A stretch of DNA of 64,000 bases from Spirochaetota bacterium (GCA_016933025.1 JAFGBT010000006.1:155078-219077); one strand, 5' to 3'; numbered from the stretch's first letter, positions 52,602 through 62,530 are shown. Numbers and translations: made by a program. The notes: a model not told the origin generated them from the sequence alone.

Positions 52602-54281
52602 ATGGAATATGACTTCGCGGTAATCGGAAGCGGGTTCGGCGGCAGCGTGGCCGCCCTCAGACTGGCAGAGAAAGGATACTCGGTCATCGTGCTCGAGCAG
52701 GGCGGGCGCGTGTCGCCGCAGGACATGGAGGATGCTTCGAAGAGCGTCAGGAAGCTCTTCTGGATGCCGCGGCTCGGCATGAGGGGCTTTTTCACCCAGC
52801 GCTTCTTTTCACAGGCCTACATAGTCGGCGGCGCGGGCGTGGGCGGCGGGAGCATCGTGTACGCGGCTGTCCTTCTCCGGCCGAAGGACGATTTCTACCG
52901 TGACGCTTCGTGGAGCGGCCTGGGCGTCGACTGGAAGAAGGAGCTGAAGCCGCACTACAATACCGCCATGAAAATGCTCGGGGCGGTGAAGAATCCCGGC
53001 TTCGACATCATGGACGACTATCTGAAAAGAACGGCCAAGCGGATGGGGGCGCTCGCCACATTCGGGCCGACGATAAACGGCATCTATTTCGGCACGCCGG
53101 AAGTGACGCGGGACGACCCCTACTTCGGCGGCCGCGGACCCTCGAGGACGGGGTGCCGCCTCTGCGGTGAGTGCCTGACGGGGTGCAAGTACGGATCCAA
53201 GAACACGCTCGACAGAAACTACCTCTATCTCGCCGAGAGGCTCGGGGCCACCATACTTCCCAACCGGAAGGTGGTCAATATCGTGCCGCAGCGCGACGGC
53301 GCCTATCTCCTCAAAATGAAGGACCCGACACGGAGGCTTTCGCGCTGCCCTGATATCCGGGCGAAGAAGATCGTGATCGCGGCTGGCGTGCTCGGCACGC
53401 TCGAGCTCATGTTCCGGTGCCGGGACGTCACCCGCGCCCTCCCCGGCATCTCGCAGCAACTCGGCAGGATAGTGCGCACCAACAGCGAATCGATCGTGGG
53501 AGCGCTCTCGCCGGACAGGGGGCTTGACATATCGCATGGCACCACCATCTCGTCCGATTTCTATCCGGACGCCCACACCCATATCACGCAGAACCGGTTC
53601 CCCGTCGGCTACAACTTCATGAGGATGTACGCCGGTCCTCTGGTCAACGGCGACATCCCGTTCGTCAGGGCGCTTACAACCCTGGGTAAAATCGTCATCA
53701 ACCCGATGTCCCTGTTCCGCAACTGGTTCGCCGCTGACTGGAACAGGAGGTCGACGTTTCTCACCGTGATGCAGAACCTCGACAACCGCATATCCTTTGC
53801 CTACGGCAGGAAGGCATCGGCCCTCTTTCTCGCGCGCGGCCTCAAGTCCAGGCGCTGGAAGGGCAAGGAGGCGCCCGTGTATATCCCGATCGCCAACGGT
53901 GCGGCGAGGGTCCTCGCCGAAGAGATGGGGGGCATGCCCCTCAACGTCATCATGGAAAGCCTCATGAACCGCTCGACCACCGCGCACATCCTGGGCGGGT
54001 GCCACATGGGCAAATCGGCGGAAGACGGCGTTATCAGCACCGGCAACGAGGTGTTCGGCTGCCCGGGAATCTACGTGATCGACGGCTCGGCCATCTCGGC
54101 GAACGTCGGTGTCAACCCGAGCCTCACCATCACCGCGCTGGCGGAGCGGGCCATGGGCCTTATACCGTCGAAGAAAACGGCGCAGAAGGACTTTTTAAAA
54201 AACGAGCCGCGCATACCGGCGAAGAACGCCATCATGCAAATAGCCAAGAAAAAGAGACGGGTCGGGCCGGACAGGGAGTAG
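52602..54281 (+). CDS. GMC-family oxidoreductase, cholesterol-oxidase/long-chain alcohol oxidase-like
   Basis: FAVIGSGFGGSVAALRLAEKG; cholesterol-oxidase-like GCRLCGECLTGCKYGSKNTLDRNYL segment; GMC C-terminal region. Confidence 0.85.
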   Translation: MEYDFAVIGSGFGGSVAALRLAEKGYSVIVLEQGGRVSPQDMEDASKSVRKLFWMPRLGMRGFFTQRFFSQAYIVGGAGVGGGSIVYAAVLLRPKDDFYRDASWSGLGVDWKKELKPHYNTAMKMLGAVKNPGFDIMDDYLKRTAKRMGALATFGPTINGIYFGTPEVTRDDPYFGGRGPSRTGCRLCGECLTGCKYGSKNTLDRNYLYLAERLGATILPNRKVVNIVPQRDGAYLLKMKDPTRRLSRCPDIRAKKIVIAAGVLGTLELMFRCRDVTRALPGISQQLGRIVRTNSESIVGALSPDRGLDISHGTTISSDFYPDAHTHITQNRFPVGYNFMRMYAGPLVNGDIPFVRALTTLGKIVINPMSLFRNWFAADWNRRSTFLTVMQNLDNRISFAYGRKASALFLARGLKSRRWKGKEAPVYIPIANGAARVLAEEMGGMPLNVIMESLMNRSTTAHILGGCHMGKSAEDGVISTGNEVFGCPGIYVIDGSAISANVGVNPSLTITALAERAMGLIPSKKTAQKDFLKNEPRIPAKNAIMQIAKKKRRVGPDRE

Positions 54282-54285
54282 CGCC

Positions 54286-54495
54286 ATGAACAAGATACGG
54301 CTCGCCCACAATGCCACCTGTGAAGTCTGCGGGAAGAAGCAGGCGGTGGTCTACTGCGACGGCTGCGACAAGCCGCTCTGCGAAGAATGCCGCGTCTTCG
54401 ATATCTGGTGCTCCGGGTGCGGCTATGGCGAACCGCATGTCTTCTGCAAGGCATGCAATGAAAACCCGAAGATCAATATATGGAAGGGGCTGTAA
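54286..54495 (+). CDS. small Cys-rich protein with five CxxC motifs (Zn-ribbon or metal-binding candidate)
   Basis: 69 aa; CEVC, CDGC, CEEC, CSGC, CKAC; GGAG RBS; 4-nt gap after the GMC oxidoreductase stop. Confidence 0.5.
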   Translation: MNKIRLAHNATCEVCGKKQAVVYCDGCDKPLCEECRVFDIWCSGCGYGEPHVFCKACNENPKINIWKGL

Positions 54496-54509
54496 ATTCC
54501 GATTTGTCT

Positions 54510-54684
54510 GCCCCCCCCCCAAATCCCCCGGAGGGAGACTTGCCCTCACCCCCGACACTGAGTGACAGGATGTCACGAATGCAGCAGCGTACACGGATGT
54601 ACAAGCTGCTGCCTCCCAGAGGGAGAGGGGAGGAGTTGTCAGATACATTTTCTTATAGCCCCCCTCTGGGGGGCTTGGGGGGAT
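54510..54684. repeat. largest G/C-tract modular repeat copy (R8) with nested hairpins (GTGACA GGA TGTCAC; CAGCAGCGTACA...TGTACAAGCTGCTG; AGCCCCCCTCTGGGGGGCTTGGGGGGA)
   Basis: Shares CCCTCACCCCC, AGAGGGAGAGGGGA and the terminal module with R1 and R2; ends at the coaE stop. Confidence 0.55.
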
Positions 54685-55317
54685 TCATGCCGATATTTTC
54701 CTGCGCAGTTCCTTGAAGAGCTTTTCAACCTGTTTTTTCGTTTCGGCCAGGGTCCCGGTATTGTCGATCAGGTATTTCGCCCACCCCTTCTTCTCTTCAA
54801 TGTCCATCTGCGCCCTGATAGTTATCGCCGCGGTTTCGCGGTCCAGGCCGTCGCGCTTCATGAGACGCTCGATCTGGAGCGGTACTGGCGCGTACACCAG
54901 TATCGCTTCCGGAAACATCGTATCCCACCCGGATTCGTACAGAAGGGGCACATCGATGATGATAGGCATTCCGTCCTTTTTCGCGGCGTGTACGGCGATG
55001 CGTTCCAATACGATTTCGTTGATTTTTGGATGGGTGATGCTGTTGAGCCTGTTTCTCTTTTCCGGGTCGCGGATGATGAGGCCGCGCAGCTCCTCCCGGT
55101 TCAGCGTCCCGTCCGAATTGATGACGCCATCGCCGAAAAATTCACGGATCTCCCCGAGGGCCGGCTGGCCGGGCTCCACCACCGCGCGGGCTATACGATC
55201 GGTATCGATGATATGGGCGCCCATGTCCGCGAGCATCGAGGCCACGGCCGACTTACCGGTCCCGATGGCACCGGTAAGGGCGAAGCAGTTCTTGATATTA
55301 CCGTAAACATCCGTCAT
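54685..55317 (-). CDS. coaE: dephospho-CoA kinase
   Basis: P-loop GAIGTGKS; CoaE length and layout. Confidence 0.85.
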   Translation of the reverse strand: MTDVYGNIKNCFALTGAIGTGKSAVASMLADMGAHIIDTDRIARAVVEPGQPALGEIREFFGDGVINSDGTLNREELRGLIIRDPEKRNRLNSITHPKINEIVLERIAVHAAKKDGMPIIIDVPLLYESGWDTMFPEAILVYAPVPLQIERLMKRDGLDRETAAITIRAQMDIEEKKGWAKYLIDNTGTLAETKKQVEKLFKELRRKISA

Positions 55318-55394
55318 TAAATATTCTCCAAAACTTATGAGCCGCTATCTTAAACGGTTAAATTACGACAGCCCACAAACACTGAGGGATGCGA

Positions 55395-55916
55395 TCAGGT
55401 CTTCAAAAAATTCTCTTCAATCAGATCAGCAAGCTTCCCGACCTCATCGAGTCCGAGACAGATACAGCCCACACCCAAAGGCACATCGCTCATCACCGCC
55501 ATCACGTCATCAATCGTGCGGCAGAGCGGCTCCTCGCCGAGCGCCTCCCGAAAAACCTCTATTTTCGGCGCTGAATCCCTCTTGAACCCCTCGGACAGTA
55601 TGATGTCCGCGTCGTGGATAAACCGGTCCCTAATTTCATCCAGCGAGGCATCGTGGTCCATGTCGCGTACGAGCGCCAGCTGGCCCGCGGATGAAAGCAC
55701 CGTGCACGCGGCGCCCGCCTTCCGGTGCCGCCAGGTGTCCTTGCCCTCCCGGTCCATGTCAAAGCCGTGCGAGTAGTGCTTCACCGTAGCGACGCGACAC
55801 CCCCGCCCCGCGAGCTCCGGAATCAGTTTCTCCAGAAGGGTGGTCTTGCCGGAGCCCGACCATCCGATTATGGAAACAATGGGGACTTTTGCTGACTTTT
55901 TCATCACATCAAACAA
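55395..55916 (-). CDS. mobB: molybdopterin-guanine dinucleotide biosynthesis adaptor MobB
   Basis: P-loop GWSGSGKTT; MobB-like length. Confidence 0.8.
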   Translation of the reverse strand: MFDVMKKSAKVPIVSIIGWSGSGKTTLLEKLIPELAGRGCRVATVKHYSHGFDMDREGKDTWRHRKAGAACTVLSSAGQLALVRDMDHDASLDEIRDRFIHDADIILSEGFKRDSAPKIEVFREALGEEPLCRTIDDVMAVMSDVPLGVGCICLGLDEVGKLADLIEENFLKT

Positions 55917-56179
55917 TTGTTAATAATAAAAAAATTACAATAAAAAAATTATTGGGCGGCCGCAGACGCGGTATGACTTAACGGCAGGCGGAAAATTATC
56001 AACCAATCAGCCCGACTTCTGGGATCCGGTTATAGTTTGCGCTCCCAGAAAATAGTTTCATTTAATTTTAAGTCGCCTGCCCGGAATTTTTGCCTGTCAT
56101 GGCTTATCAGATGTATGATTGTCGGCTCCAACAAGGTCCTTCACGTCTATCCCGCAGGGCCGGCCGGCGGTGCAACATC

Positions 56180-58279
56180 CTATACGGTCTTTTTCAAGTA
56201 TTTCACCAAAACAATTCTGTTCCCCTTTTCATTGAACCTGACAACGTCAAACGTATCGCTGATCATCATGAGACCGCGGCCGTGCATGAGCCCGGCATTG
56301 TCCGCATCATCACAATCACAATTCATCGCCGATTCATGATCGAAGCCGTCCCCCTCGTCGGCAATCGTGTATTCTACGCTATCCCCGTTCAATGAGTACG
56401 CCACGTGGACCTTTCTCTCGGCAACCGCCTGCGCCGCCTGCCGTTCCTTCACCACATCGAAGTAACGACCTGCCGCCAGGCATTCGGATTTCTCCTCGAA
56501 TGAGAGGTTGAGGTTCCCGTGCTCGATCGCGTTGATAATCGCCTCCCGCAGAGCGATCCTGACCTCGGATATTGTCGAGCCGTCCAGGAATTTATACAAA
56601 TTCCTGACCAGCCGCTGGCTGATGAGGTCGGCGTTGCTCAAGTAGTTGTTGAGGTTATACTCATGCCGCTCCGACTCGAGAAAATACGATATGACGTCGT
56701 CAATAACCGGCGAAGCCCGGCCCAGGATGACATAGTCGGTATCCATGCCCCCCGTATATTCCAGCGTCACGGCAAACTCCTTCGGCTCGTGACTGTATTT
56801 ATCCTTTATTGTGGTGCGGAACTTGACGCTCCCCTTTTTCCTTGCCTTGAGGTCGGAAATGTATTCCAGCACAACATGACGCGCGATATTGGTCTTTTTA
56901 TGCCACGTCTCCACGATCAGATCGGGAAAATCGGCGTTCGCGAGCTCCTCGGGCGTGAATCCGAGATGCACCTTCGCCGCGCCGTTGACGCTCTGAATTC
57001 TGTTGCTCTCGTCAAGGGTGAAAATTATCTCTCCGGTGCTTTCTACGAGGTGCCGGTACCGGCTCTCCCCCGCATCAATGACGTCTTTCATCCTGTTGAT
57101 CTTGTCCGCCATGCCGAAGGAGAGGAGTACCAGGGCAGAAGCAAAGCCGAGCTGCATTGACCAGCGGGTTAAGAAATTCGCGGGCAGCACGCCCATCATG
57201 GTCAGAATGACGATCGGTATCGTCACCATGACAAGAAAAAACGCGATGAGCAGGATTCTGACCTGACGGGATGGCGGTTTTCTGAAGAACGCCAGATATA
57301 TTCCGATAATCATCACCGGAAGGGTGAGCATGCCCACGAAGGCGTATATAATCTGCAGGCTTACATCCACACGGACGATGAGCGACAGCACGGCCAGGCC
57401 GGGACAGGCCAGCATCAGGACCCAGATGACAAGCCTGTGCAGACGCGGATGAATCTTTTTGTATTCCGCGAATTCAATAATGAACATATACGCGAAAAAA
57501 ATCTGGATGCTGACGAAAACCGACTGGGCATGCTGCGTCCACCAGGGAACATTCGGCCACAGGTACTGCGCGGCGAAGCCCTTGAAATTTAATTCAAACA
57601 GCACATTGAAGACGACCGTCCCGGCCAGGTAGAGGTAGCCCGTTTCCCTGGTGAATACGAAGAGCACCAGATAGTAGAGGGCCATGACCACCATGAGGCC
57701 GAAAAAGAGCCAGTATATCGGCATGTCAGTGTACAGCCGATCAATAAAGTAATCGGTGGAGAGCATATTTAAATTGAAATTCAATGAATGGTCGGAAGTG
57801 ATGCGGATATAGCACTGCATGGGGCCCGGCTTCTGATCAATCCTGAAGATAAAGTTAATGTATTTCATTTCCCTGGTGTCGAACGGAAGCGTGTCGCCCG
57901 TTCTCTTGACGCGATATCCGCCATGACCGTCCGGGAGATACAGCTCTATCAGATCAAGTGTGGGAAAATCGAGCTCCAGCAGCCAGCGAAGAACCTTGTC
58001 CGCCTCGTTATCAACGGTGAAGCGGAACCAGTAGGCAGACCTGGTATAGCCGAAATTAATATTGTCCCTTTTCGGCTGTTTCCATTTCAGCGGCACCCCC
58101 CCGGAAACGTCACTTATGGTCAGGGTCTTTTTTGCATCCTCACAATATTCGATACGGCCGGTGATGTTCCTGAATGAAAGGCTTTCGTCAAAGGAAATCG
58201 GCTCGGCTGCGAACGCAGGGCAGGCCAGGCACAGGACGATGAAGCATGCCGGAAAGATTGTTCTCTGTAGAGTCTTCAT
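56180..58279 (-). CDS. 7TMR-DISM-type membrane sensor (periplasmic domain, 7 TM, PAS) with C-terminal RsbW/SpoIIAB-like HATPase (Ser kinase) domain
   Basis: Signal peptide; extracytoplasmic domain; 7 hydrophobic helices; C-terminal REAIINAIEHGNLN...DEGDGFD...GRGLMMISDTF. Confidence 0.7.
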   Translation of the reverse strand: MKTLQRTIFPACFIVLCLACPAFAAEPISFDESLSFRNITGRIEYCEDAKKTLTISDVSGGVPLKWKQPKRDNINFGYTRSAYWFRFTVDNEADKVLRWLLELDFPTLDLIELYLPDGHGGYRVKRTGDTLPFDTREMKYINFIFRIDQKPGPMQCYIRITSDHSLNFNLNMLSTDYFIDRLYTDMPIYWLFFGLMVVMALYYLVLFVFTRETGYLYLAGTVVFNVLFELNFKGFAAQYLWPNVPWWTQHAQSVFVSIQIFFAYMFIIEFAEYKKIHPRLHRLVIWVLMLACPGLAVLSLIVRVDVSLQIIYAFVGMLTLPVMIIGIYLAFFRKPPSRQVRILLIAFFLVMVTIPIVILTMMGVLPANFLTRWSMQLGFASALVLLSFGMADKINRMKDVIDAGESRYRHLVESTGEIIFTLDESNRIQSVNGAAKVHLGFTPEELANADFPDLIVETWHKKTNIARHVVLEYISDLKARKKGSVKFRTTIKDKYSHEPKEFAVTLEYTGGMDTDYVILGRASPVIDDVISYFLESERHEYNLNNYLSNADLISQRLVRNLYKFLDGSTISEVRIALREAIINAIEHGNLNLSFEEKSECLAAGRYFDVVKERQAAQAVAERKVHVAYSLNGDSVEYTIADEGDGFDHESAMNCDCDDADNAGLMHGRGLMMISDTFDVVRFNEKGNRIVLVKYLKKTV

Positions 58280-58463
58280 AGCTTCATTGAGGAAATGCCC
58301 ACCTCCCGCATGGCCTTTGCATCATAAAAAATATATTTTATAGACCCCTGTCCAGAACTTTTTACTTTTTAAAAGCCTCAGATGGGCTATACCTGCTTCA
58401 GACAAACCCTGTTGTGCCGCACGATCCCCGGCAGTAGCAGGAACTCATTCCCGAATGATAATC

Positions 58464-59867
58464 TTACCGTATACCGTGCTCAAAATCAAAGGAGAAGGAA
58501 TAGTCCTCGCGGCTAAACCCGACGTACGCGTGAAGGATGGTCGACTGGTTCCAGGGCACCACGACGCCGCCGCCGTAGCAGTACCTGTAGTCATCCCAGC
58601 GGGGATGGGCGAAGGGGTCCCCCGGCTCGTCATAGACATTGCCCGCCTCGACAAAGGCGACAAGCTTGATGCCGAAGCGTCCCAGGAGCGGGACATCGAA
58701 ATCGACGACATGGTAGCGGAGCTCGAAGTTGGCAAGGGTCATTGTCTTGCCCACGAAGCGGTCCACCCGGTAGCCCCGCAGGGTACGCGGGCCGCCCAGG
58801 CCCGCCTCGCGGTTCCAGAAAAAGGCGAACCGATCCATCTCGAAAAAGGGCATGTTGCGCGCCGATGTGGTATAGGCGAAGCGGATTACGTGCATCAATC
58901 CCTTGTAGTATGTCTGGTACCACCTGAACCCGAAGGTGTTGCGGTAGTACACGTAGTCTGAACCGAAAAAACGATGGGAGGTCTCCATGCAGTACTCTAT
59001 TCGCACCCCCTTCCTCGGGTCCGGCTCGAAGTCGATAGTGCTGAACGCCAGGCCGAGCCGAATGAAGTTGGTCCAGCCTCCGCGGTAGCCCCGCGGCCGT
59101 TCCCGGTTGATCCTCGTGGGATTGAGCTCGACGAAGCGGCGGCCGTTAACCCGGTACCCTCGCAGGTCCCAGCGGCTGATCCGCGTGTGCCCGGCCTGAA
59201 AGCCGGCCAGATACTCGAAGTTCTTGAGAACGGGGGCATCATCCGTGAACGTCCCGTAGAGATTGAAATATCCCTTCGGCTGCACGTACCCGTAGTTGTC
59301 GTACTTGTAGTTCACGAAATGCCACCACTCGCCCCGGGCGAAATTGCGGTAATCATCCTTTAAGAACCGGCGGTAGTAGTGCTGTCGAGAATCGTGCACC
59401 GCGAAATTCCCGTCCTCCAGGTTTCTGCGCGTCGTCCGGGAACCGATGCCGAAATAATTGGCGTTGATCTTCTTTTCATACATCACGCAGGCCCGCACCC
59501 TGAGGCTCGTCCCGCCGAGGCGGAATTGGTCCCATTGCAGCATGTGCTGGGTCCATCCGTTCGTGGTCTGGAAAAACTGGCCGTATAACTGCGTGAAGTA
59601 TGGCGTTTCGTCAAAGCCGGGATCTTCATCTCTGCCGTTCTGGTAAAAATAGACGCCCGCGCCGTAGCCGAGGCCGTTATCGCTCGTTAAATTCAGGATC
59701 GGCATGCCGGTGAAATACCAGCCCCGCTTCTTGTTCTTCAACGTGTAATCGTCGAGCTTCCCGGCAGCCAGCACCCGGGACCCGATCAGGCAATACACAA
59801 GGACGCAGCCGAGCAGTCCGGCCGTTATCCGGCAAAACCGGGCCGCCATATTACCCGGGGCGCTCAT
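58464..59867 (-). CDS. putative outer-membrane beta-barrel protein (surface-antigen/Omp85-like?)
   Basis: Signal peptide; Tyr/Phe/Arg/Gly-rich beta-strand pattern; family not recognised. Confidence 0.5.
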   Translation of the reverse strand: MSAPGNMAARFCRITAGLLGCVLVYCLIGSRVLAAGKLDDYTLKNKKRGWYFTGMPILNLTSDNGLGYGAGVYFYQNGRDEDPGFDETPYFTQLYGQFFQTTNGWTQHMLQWDQFRLGGTSLRVRACVMYEKKINANYFGIGSRTTRRNLEDGNFAVHDSRQHYYRRFLKDDYRNFARGEWWHFVNYKYDNYGYVQPKGYFNLYGTFTDDAPVLKNFEYLAGFQAGHTRISRWDLRGYRVNGRRFVELNPTRINRERPRGYRGGWTNFIRLGLAFSTIDFEPDPRKGVRIEYCMETSHRFFGSDYVYYRNTFGFRWYQTYYKGLMHVIRFAYTTSARNMPFFEMDRFAFFWNREAGLGGPRTLRGYRVDRFVGKTMTLANFELRYHVVDFDVPLLGRFGIKLVAFVEAGNVYDEPGDPFAHPRWDDYRYCYGGGVVVPWNQSTILHAYVGFSREDYSFSFDFEHGIR

Positions 59868-60886
59868 CCCCGAAACCAGTCGACCTGCGGGGTGTCCCTG
59901 GCGATGACGCCGTCAATTTTTCCGACCGGATATCCGAGCGCGATGCAAGTGACCGCCTTCCAGGGCCGGGCTATGCTGAGCTTTTTCCTGAATCCCTTCA
60001 TCAGCGGGAGGTTCATCGACTTAATGGCAAGCGATATATAGCAGGTACCCAGGCCGAAGGAATGCGCCGCCAGCACCATGTTCTGGCAGCATATGCCGAC
60101 ATCGAGGTCAGGATTGCTGATGCCGAGCGTGTTCTTGAGCACCATAATGACGACCGGCGCGTCCCAGTATATCTTCTCGTCGATCCGGTCCGCCTTCTCC
60201 ACCGCCGTGAACGGACGCGGGTCCATGCTCTGCGGATCGAACCAGCTGTAGACGGTGAAAAAAATTCTCTTCCATAACGGACGCTTCCCCTTCCCGGATT
60301 TGTCGAAGTAGAGATTTTTAAGGAGCCGGAGCGACCTCATGGCGCCGTGCTCCAGCTCTTGAATGATTTTTTTATCGCTGATCACGATGAACCGGTACGG
60401 CTGGTTGTTGCCGGCTGACGGGGCGAACCTTCCGGCCTCGAGGACGCGGTTGACCGTCTCCTCCGGAACCGCCTTCTTCTGGTTGAACAGCCTGTTGGAC
60501 CGTCTCGTGTAGACGACGCGCTCTACTTCAGTGAGCTGCTTCGCATATGATTCATAGGGCCTCCTGTCCTTCTCGCCGAAAGGATGGGGAAGGCTGATAT
60601 TTTTCCTGAGATAGGTCTTATGCCTCCCCCTGTCCACGTAATAGGCGCCCTCAACCCTGATGGCACCGTGCGGGCACACGGCCACGCAGTTCCAACAGCT
60701 TATGCATGCGTCCGGGTATCCACCGTATCCGTGCGGATGCGGATAATTATCGTCCCCCCACACATAACCATAGCTGGGGCAGGCGTCGAAACAGCGCCTG
60801 CAGCTCTTGCATTTCGAATAGTCGACGATCCTCCGTGGAAAGGTGATCGTCTTAGGCATATACGCGTTCGTGAATATTCCCATCAT
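59864..60886 (-). CDS. 4Fe-4S dicluster ferredoxin domain fused to a nitroreductase-family domain
   Basis: CKSCRRCFDACP and CISCWNCVAVCP cluster motifs; nitroreductase segment AGRFAPSAGNNQPYRFIVI. Confidence 0.75.
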   Translation of the reverse strand: MMGIFTNAYMPKTITFPRRIVDYSKCKSCRRCFDACPSYGYVWGDDNYPHPHGYGGYPDACISCWNCVAVCPHGAIRVEGAYYVDRGRHKTYLRKNISLPHPFGEKDRRPYESYAKQLTEVERVVYTRRSNRLFNQKKAVPEETVNRVLEAGRFAPSAGNNQPYRFIVISDKKIIQELEHGAMRSLRLLKNLYFDKSGKGKRPLWKRIFFTVYSWFDPQSMDPRPFTAVEKADRIDEKIYWDAPVVIMVLKNTLGISNPDLDVGICCQNMVLAAHSFGLGTCYISLAIKSMNLPLMKGFRKKLSIARPWKAVTCIALGYPVGKIDGVIARDTPQVDWFRG

Positions 60887-60902
60887 GCACCTCCCTTGTC
60901 CG

Positions 60903-62510
60903 TTATACTGTTATCGCCGCGACGTTCGCGGCGTCCGGCCTGAAAATATCGCGCAGCACCCGCTCGAGCGCCTTCTCCGTCACCGTTTTCGGAATCTCGT
61001 CGACGATCTGAATATAACCCGGAATCGAGTTGCGCTCGAGCTTGGAGAGGCATAGCTTTTTGATCCCGTCCACGTCGACCTTCTTCCCCTCAAACGGCGC
61101 GACCGCGGCCACGATATCGCTCTCACCCGGCGCGCCGGAAGCGGCAGGGATCCCGTAGACGCAAACCTCCGACACGCTCTCATGCTCGCCGATTATCTTC
61201 TCGATCAGGTCCGGCTGGATGAAATCGCCCTGCCGCCTGAGGCCGCCGCCCTTACGAAAATCGAAATAGAGAAAGCCGTTTTCGTCCTGATGGCAGATAT
61301 CGCCGCTCCGCAGCCATCCTCCCCTCGTTTTCTCCTCGGATTCTTTTTTCTTGCCGTAGTAGGTGACCTCGGTGTCGCCGCTTTTCATCCGGCTGATCAG
61401 CTCTCCCTTCACGCCGGGCGGGCACTCGTTGTCGTTCTCGTCCACGATCTTCACCTCGATGATCCCCTCGATCGGCTTGCCGAACGAGCCGACCGGCCCC
61501 GTGCCCGGAGGATTGTGGGCGAAGCCGCCCTCAATCGCCGCGTACCACTCGTGTATCTTCACGTTGAAGCGCTTCTCGAACTCCACCCAGATGGAACGGG
61601 GAGTGCCGGCGCTTATCACCACGCGAACCGGGTTGTCGCCGTCGTCCGGCCGCGGCGGCTCGTTATAGATGCCGGCAAGCATCCCGCCCAGCGACGAGAA
61701 GGTGGTGCACCCGTACTTTCTGCAGATGTCCCATATCCTGCTCTTGGTGAACTTCTCGCCTATGACCGCCGGTATCCCCTTCGCGAGCGACGGAATTATC
61801 GTGACAGACTGCGAGTTGCCGTGTGTCATGGACAGGCCCGTGTAGGGAATGTCGTCGGGCTGGTACTTCCAGACCAACGCCCCGAGAAAGGCATAGGTCG
61901 TGTACCGGTTGGCCTTGAGCACAACACCTTTCGGGTCGCCGGTCGTACCGGAGGTGTGTATGATCTGGGCCGGGGCGTTCCCGTCAAACGGCAGGGTCCT
62001 ATCGGGAGGGTTCTGGTCGCCGTGGGCCAGCACTTCGTCAAGCGAAGGATAGGCCGTGCGTTCGGCCACTCCATGGTGCTTCTTGTAGGCGACGCCGATC
62101 ACCGGCACACCCTTAACGTCGGCGGCAATCTCATCGAGGCTTTCGATGAACTCCCCGGTCAGGATGATGCCCTTCGACTTCGTGTTGTTGATCTGGAACG
62201 ACAGCTTCCTCTCCTTCGATCGGGGATCGATGGGGACCGCAATTGCGCCGATGGAGAGCGCCGCAAACATCGCGTAGAGGAATTCCGGATGATTCCTCAT
62301 TAAAATGCTGAAGGTGTCCCCCTTGCCGATGCCCGCCTTGAGCAGGGTATGCGCCACCCTGTTCGTGTTTTCAAAGAGCTGCAGGTAGGTTATCTTCTCG
62401 TCCGAGCCGTCGGTGTTCACGAACGTGAAGGCCGTCTTATCGGGCTGGACGGTGTTCAGGCCCACCCCCTTGAATATCGGGAGATCTTCAATCTTGACTC
62501 TCATAGGCAC
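60903..62510 (-). CDS. acyl-CoA synthetase (AMP-binding)
   Basis: TSGTTGDPKG AMP-binding motif. Confidence 0.85.
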   Translation of the reverse strand: MPMRVKIEDLPIFKGVGLNTVQPDKTAFTFVNTDGSDEKITYLQLFENTNRVAHTLLKAGIGKGDTFSILMRNHPEFLYAMFAALSIGAIAVPIDPRSKERKLSFQINNTKSKGIILTGEFIESLDEIAADVKGVPVIGVAYKKHHGVAERTAYPSLDEVLAHGDQNPPDRTLPFDGNAPAQIIHTSGTTGDPKGVVLKANRYTTYAFLGALVWKYQPDDIPYTGLSMTHGNSQSVTIIPSLAKGIPAVIGEKFTKSRIWDICRKYGCTTFSSLGGMLAGIYNEPPRPDDGDNPVRVVISAGTPRSIWVEFEKRFNVKIHEWYAAIEGGFAHNPPGTGPVGSFGKPIEGIIEVKIVDENDNECPPGVKGELISRMKSGDTEVTYYGKKKESEEKTRGGWLRSGDICHQDENGFLYFDFRKGGGLRRQGDFIQPDLIEKIIGEHESVSEVCVYGIPAASGAPGESDIVAAVAPFEGKKVDVDGIKKLCLSKLERNSIPGYIQIVDEIPKTVTEKALERVLRDIFRPDAANVAAITV

Positions 62511-62530
62511 CTCCAGAGATATAATATATA

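Noticed and set aside
52809-54005. 398-aa minus-strand ORF
   Set aside because: Antisense to the well-supported + strand GMC oxidoreductase 52602-54281; Arg/Gly/Pro-rich artefact.
3836-54684. CRISPR array interpretation of the recurring G-rich repeats
   Set aside because: Copies are dispersed kilobases apart, differ in length and orientation, have no regular spacer periodicity, and there are no cas genes.
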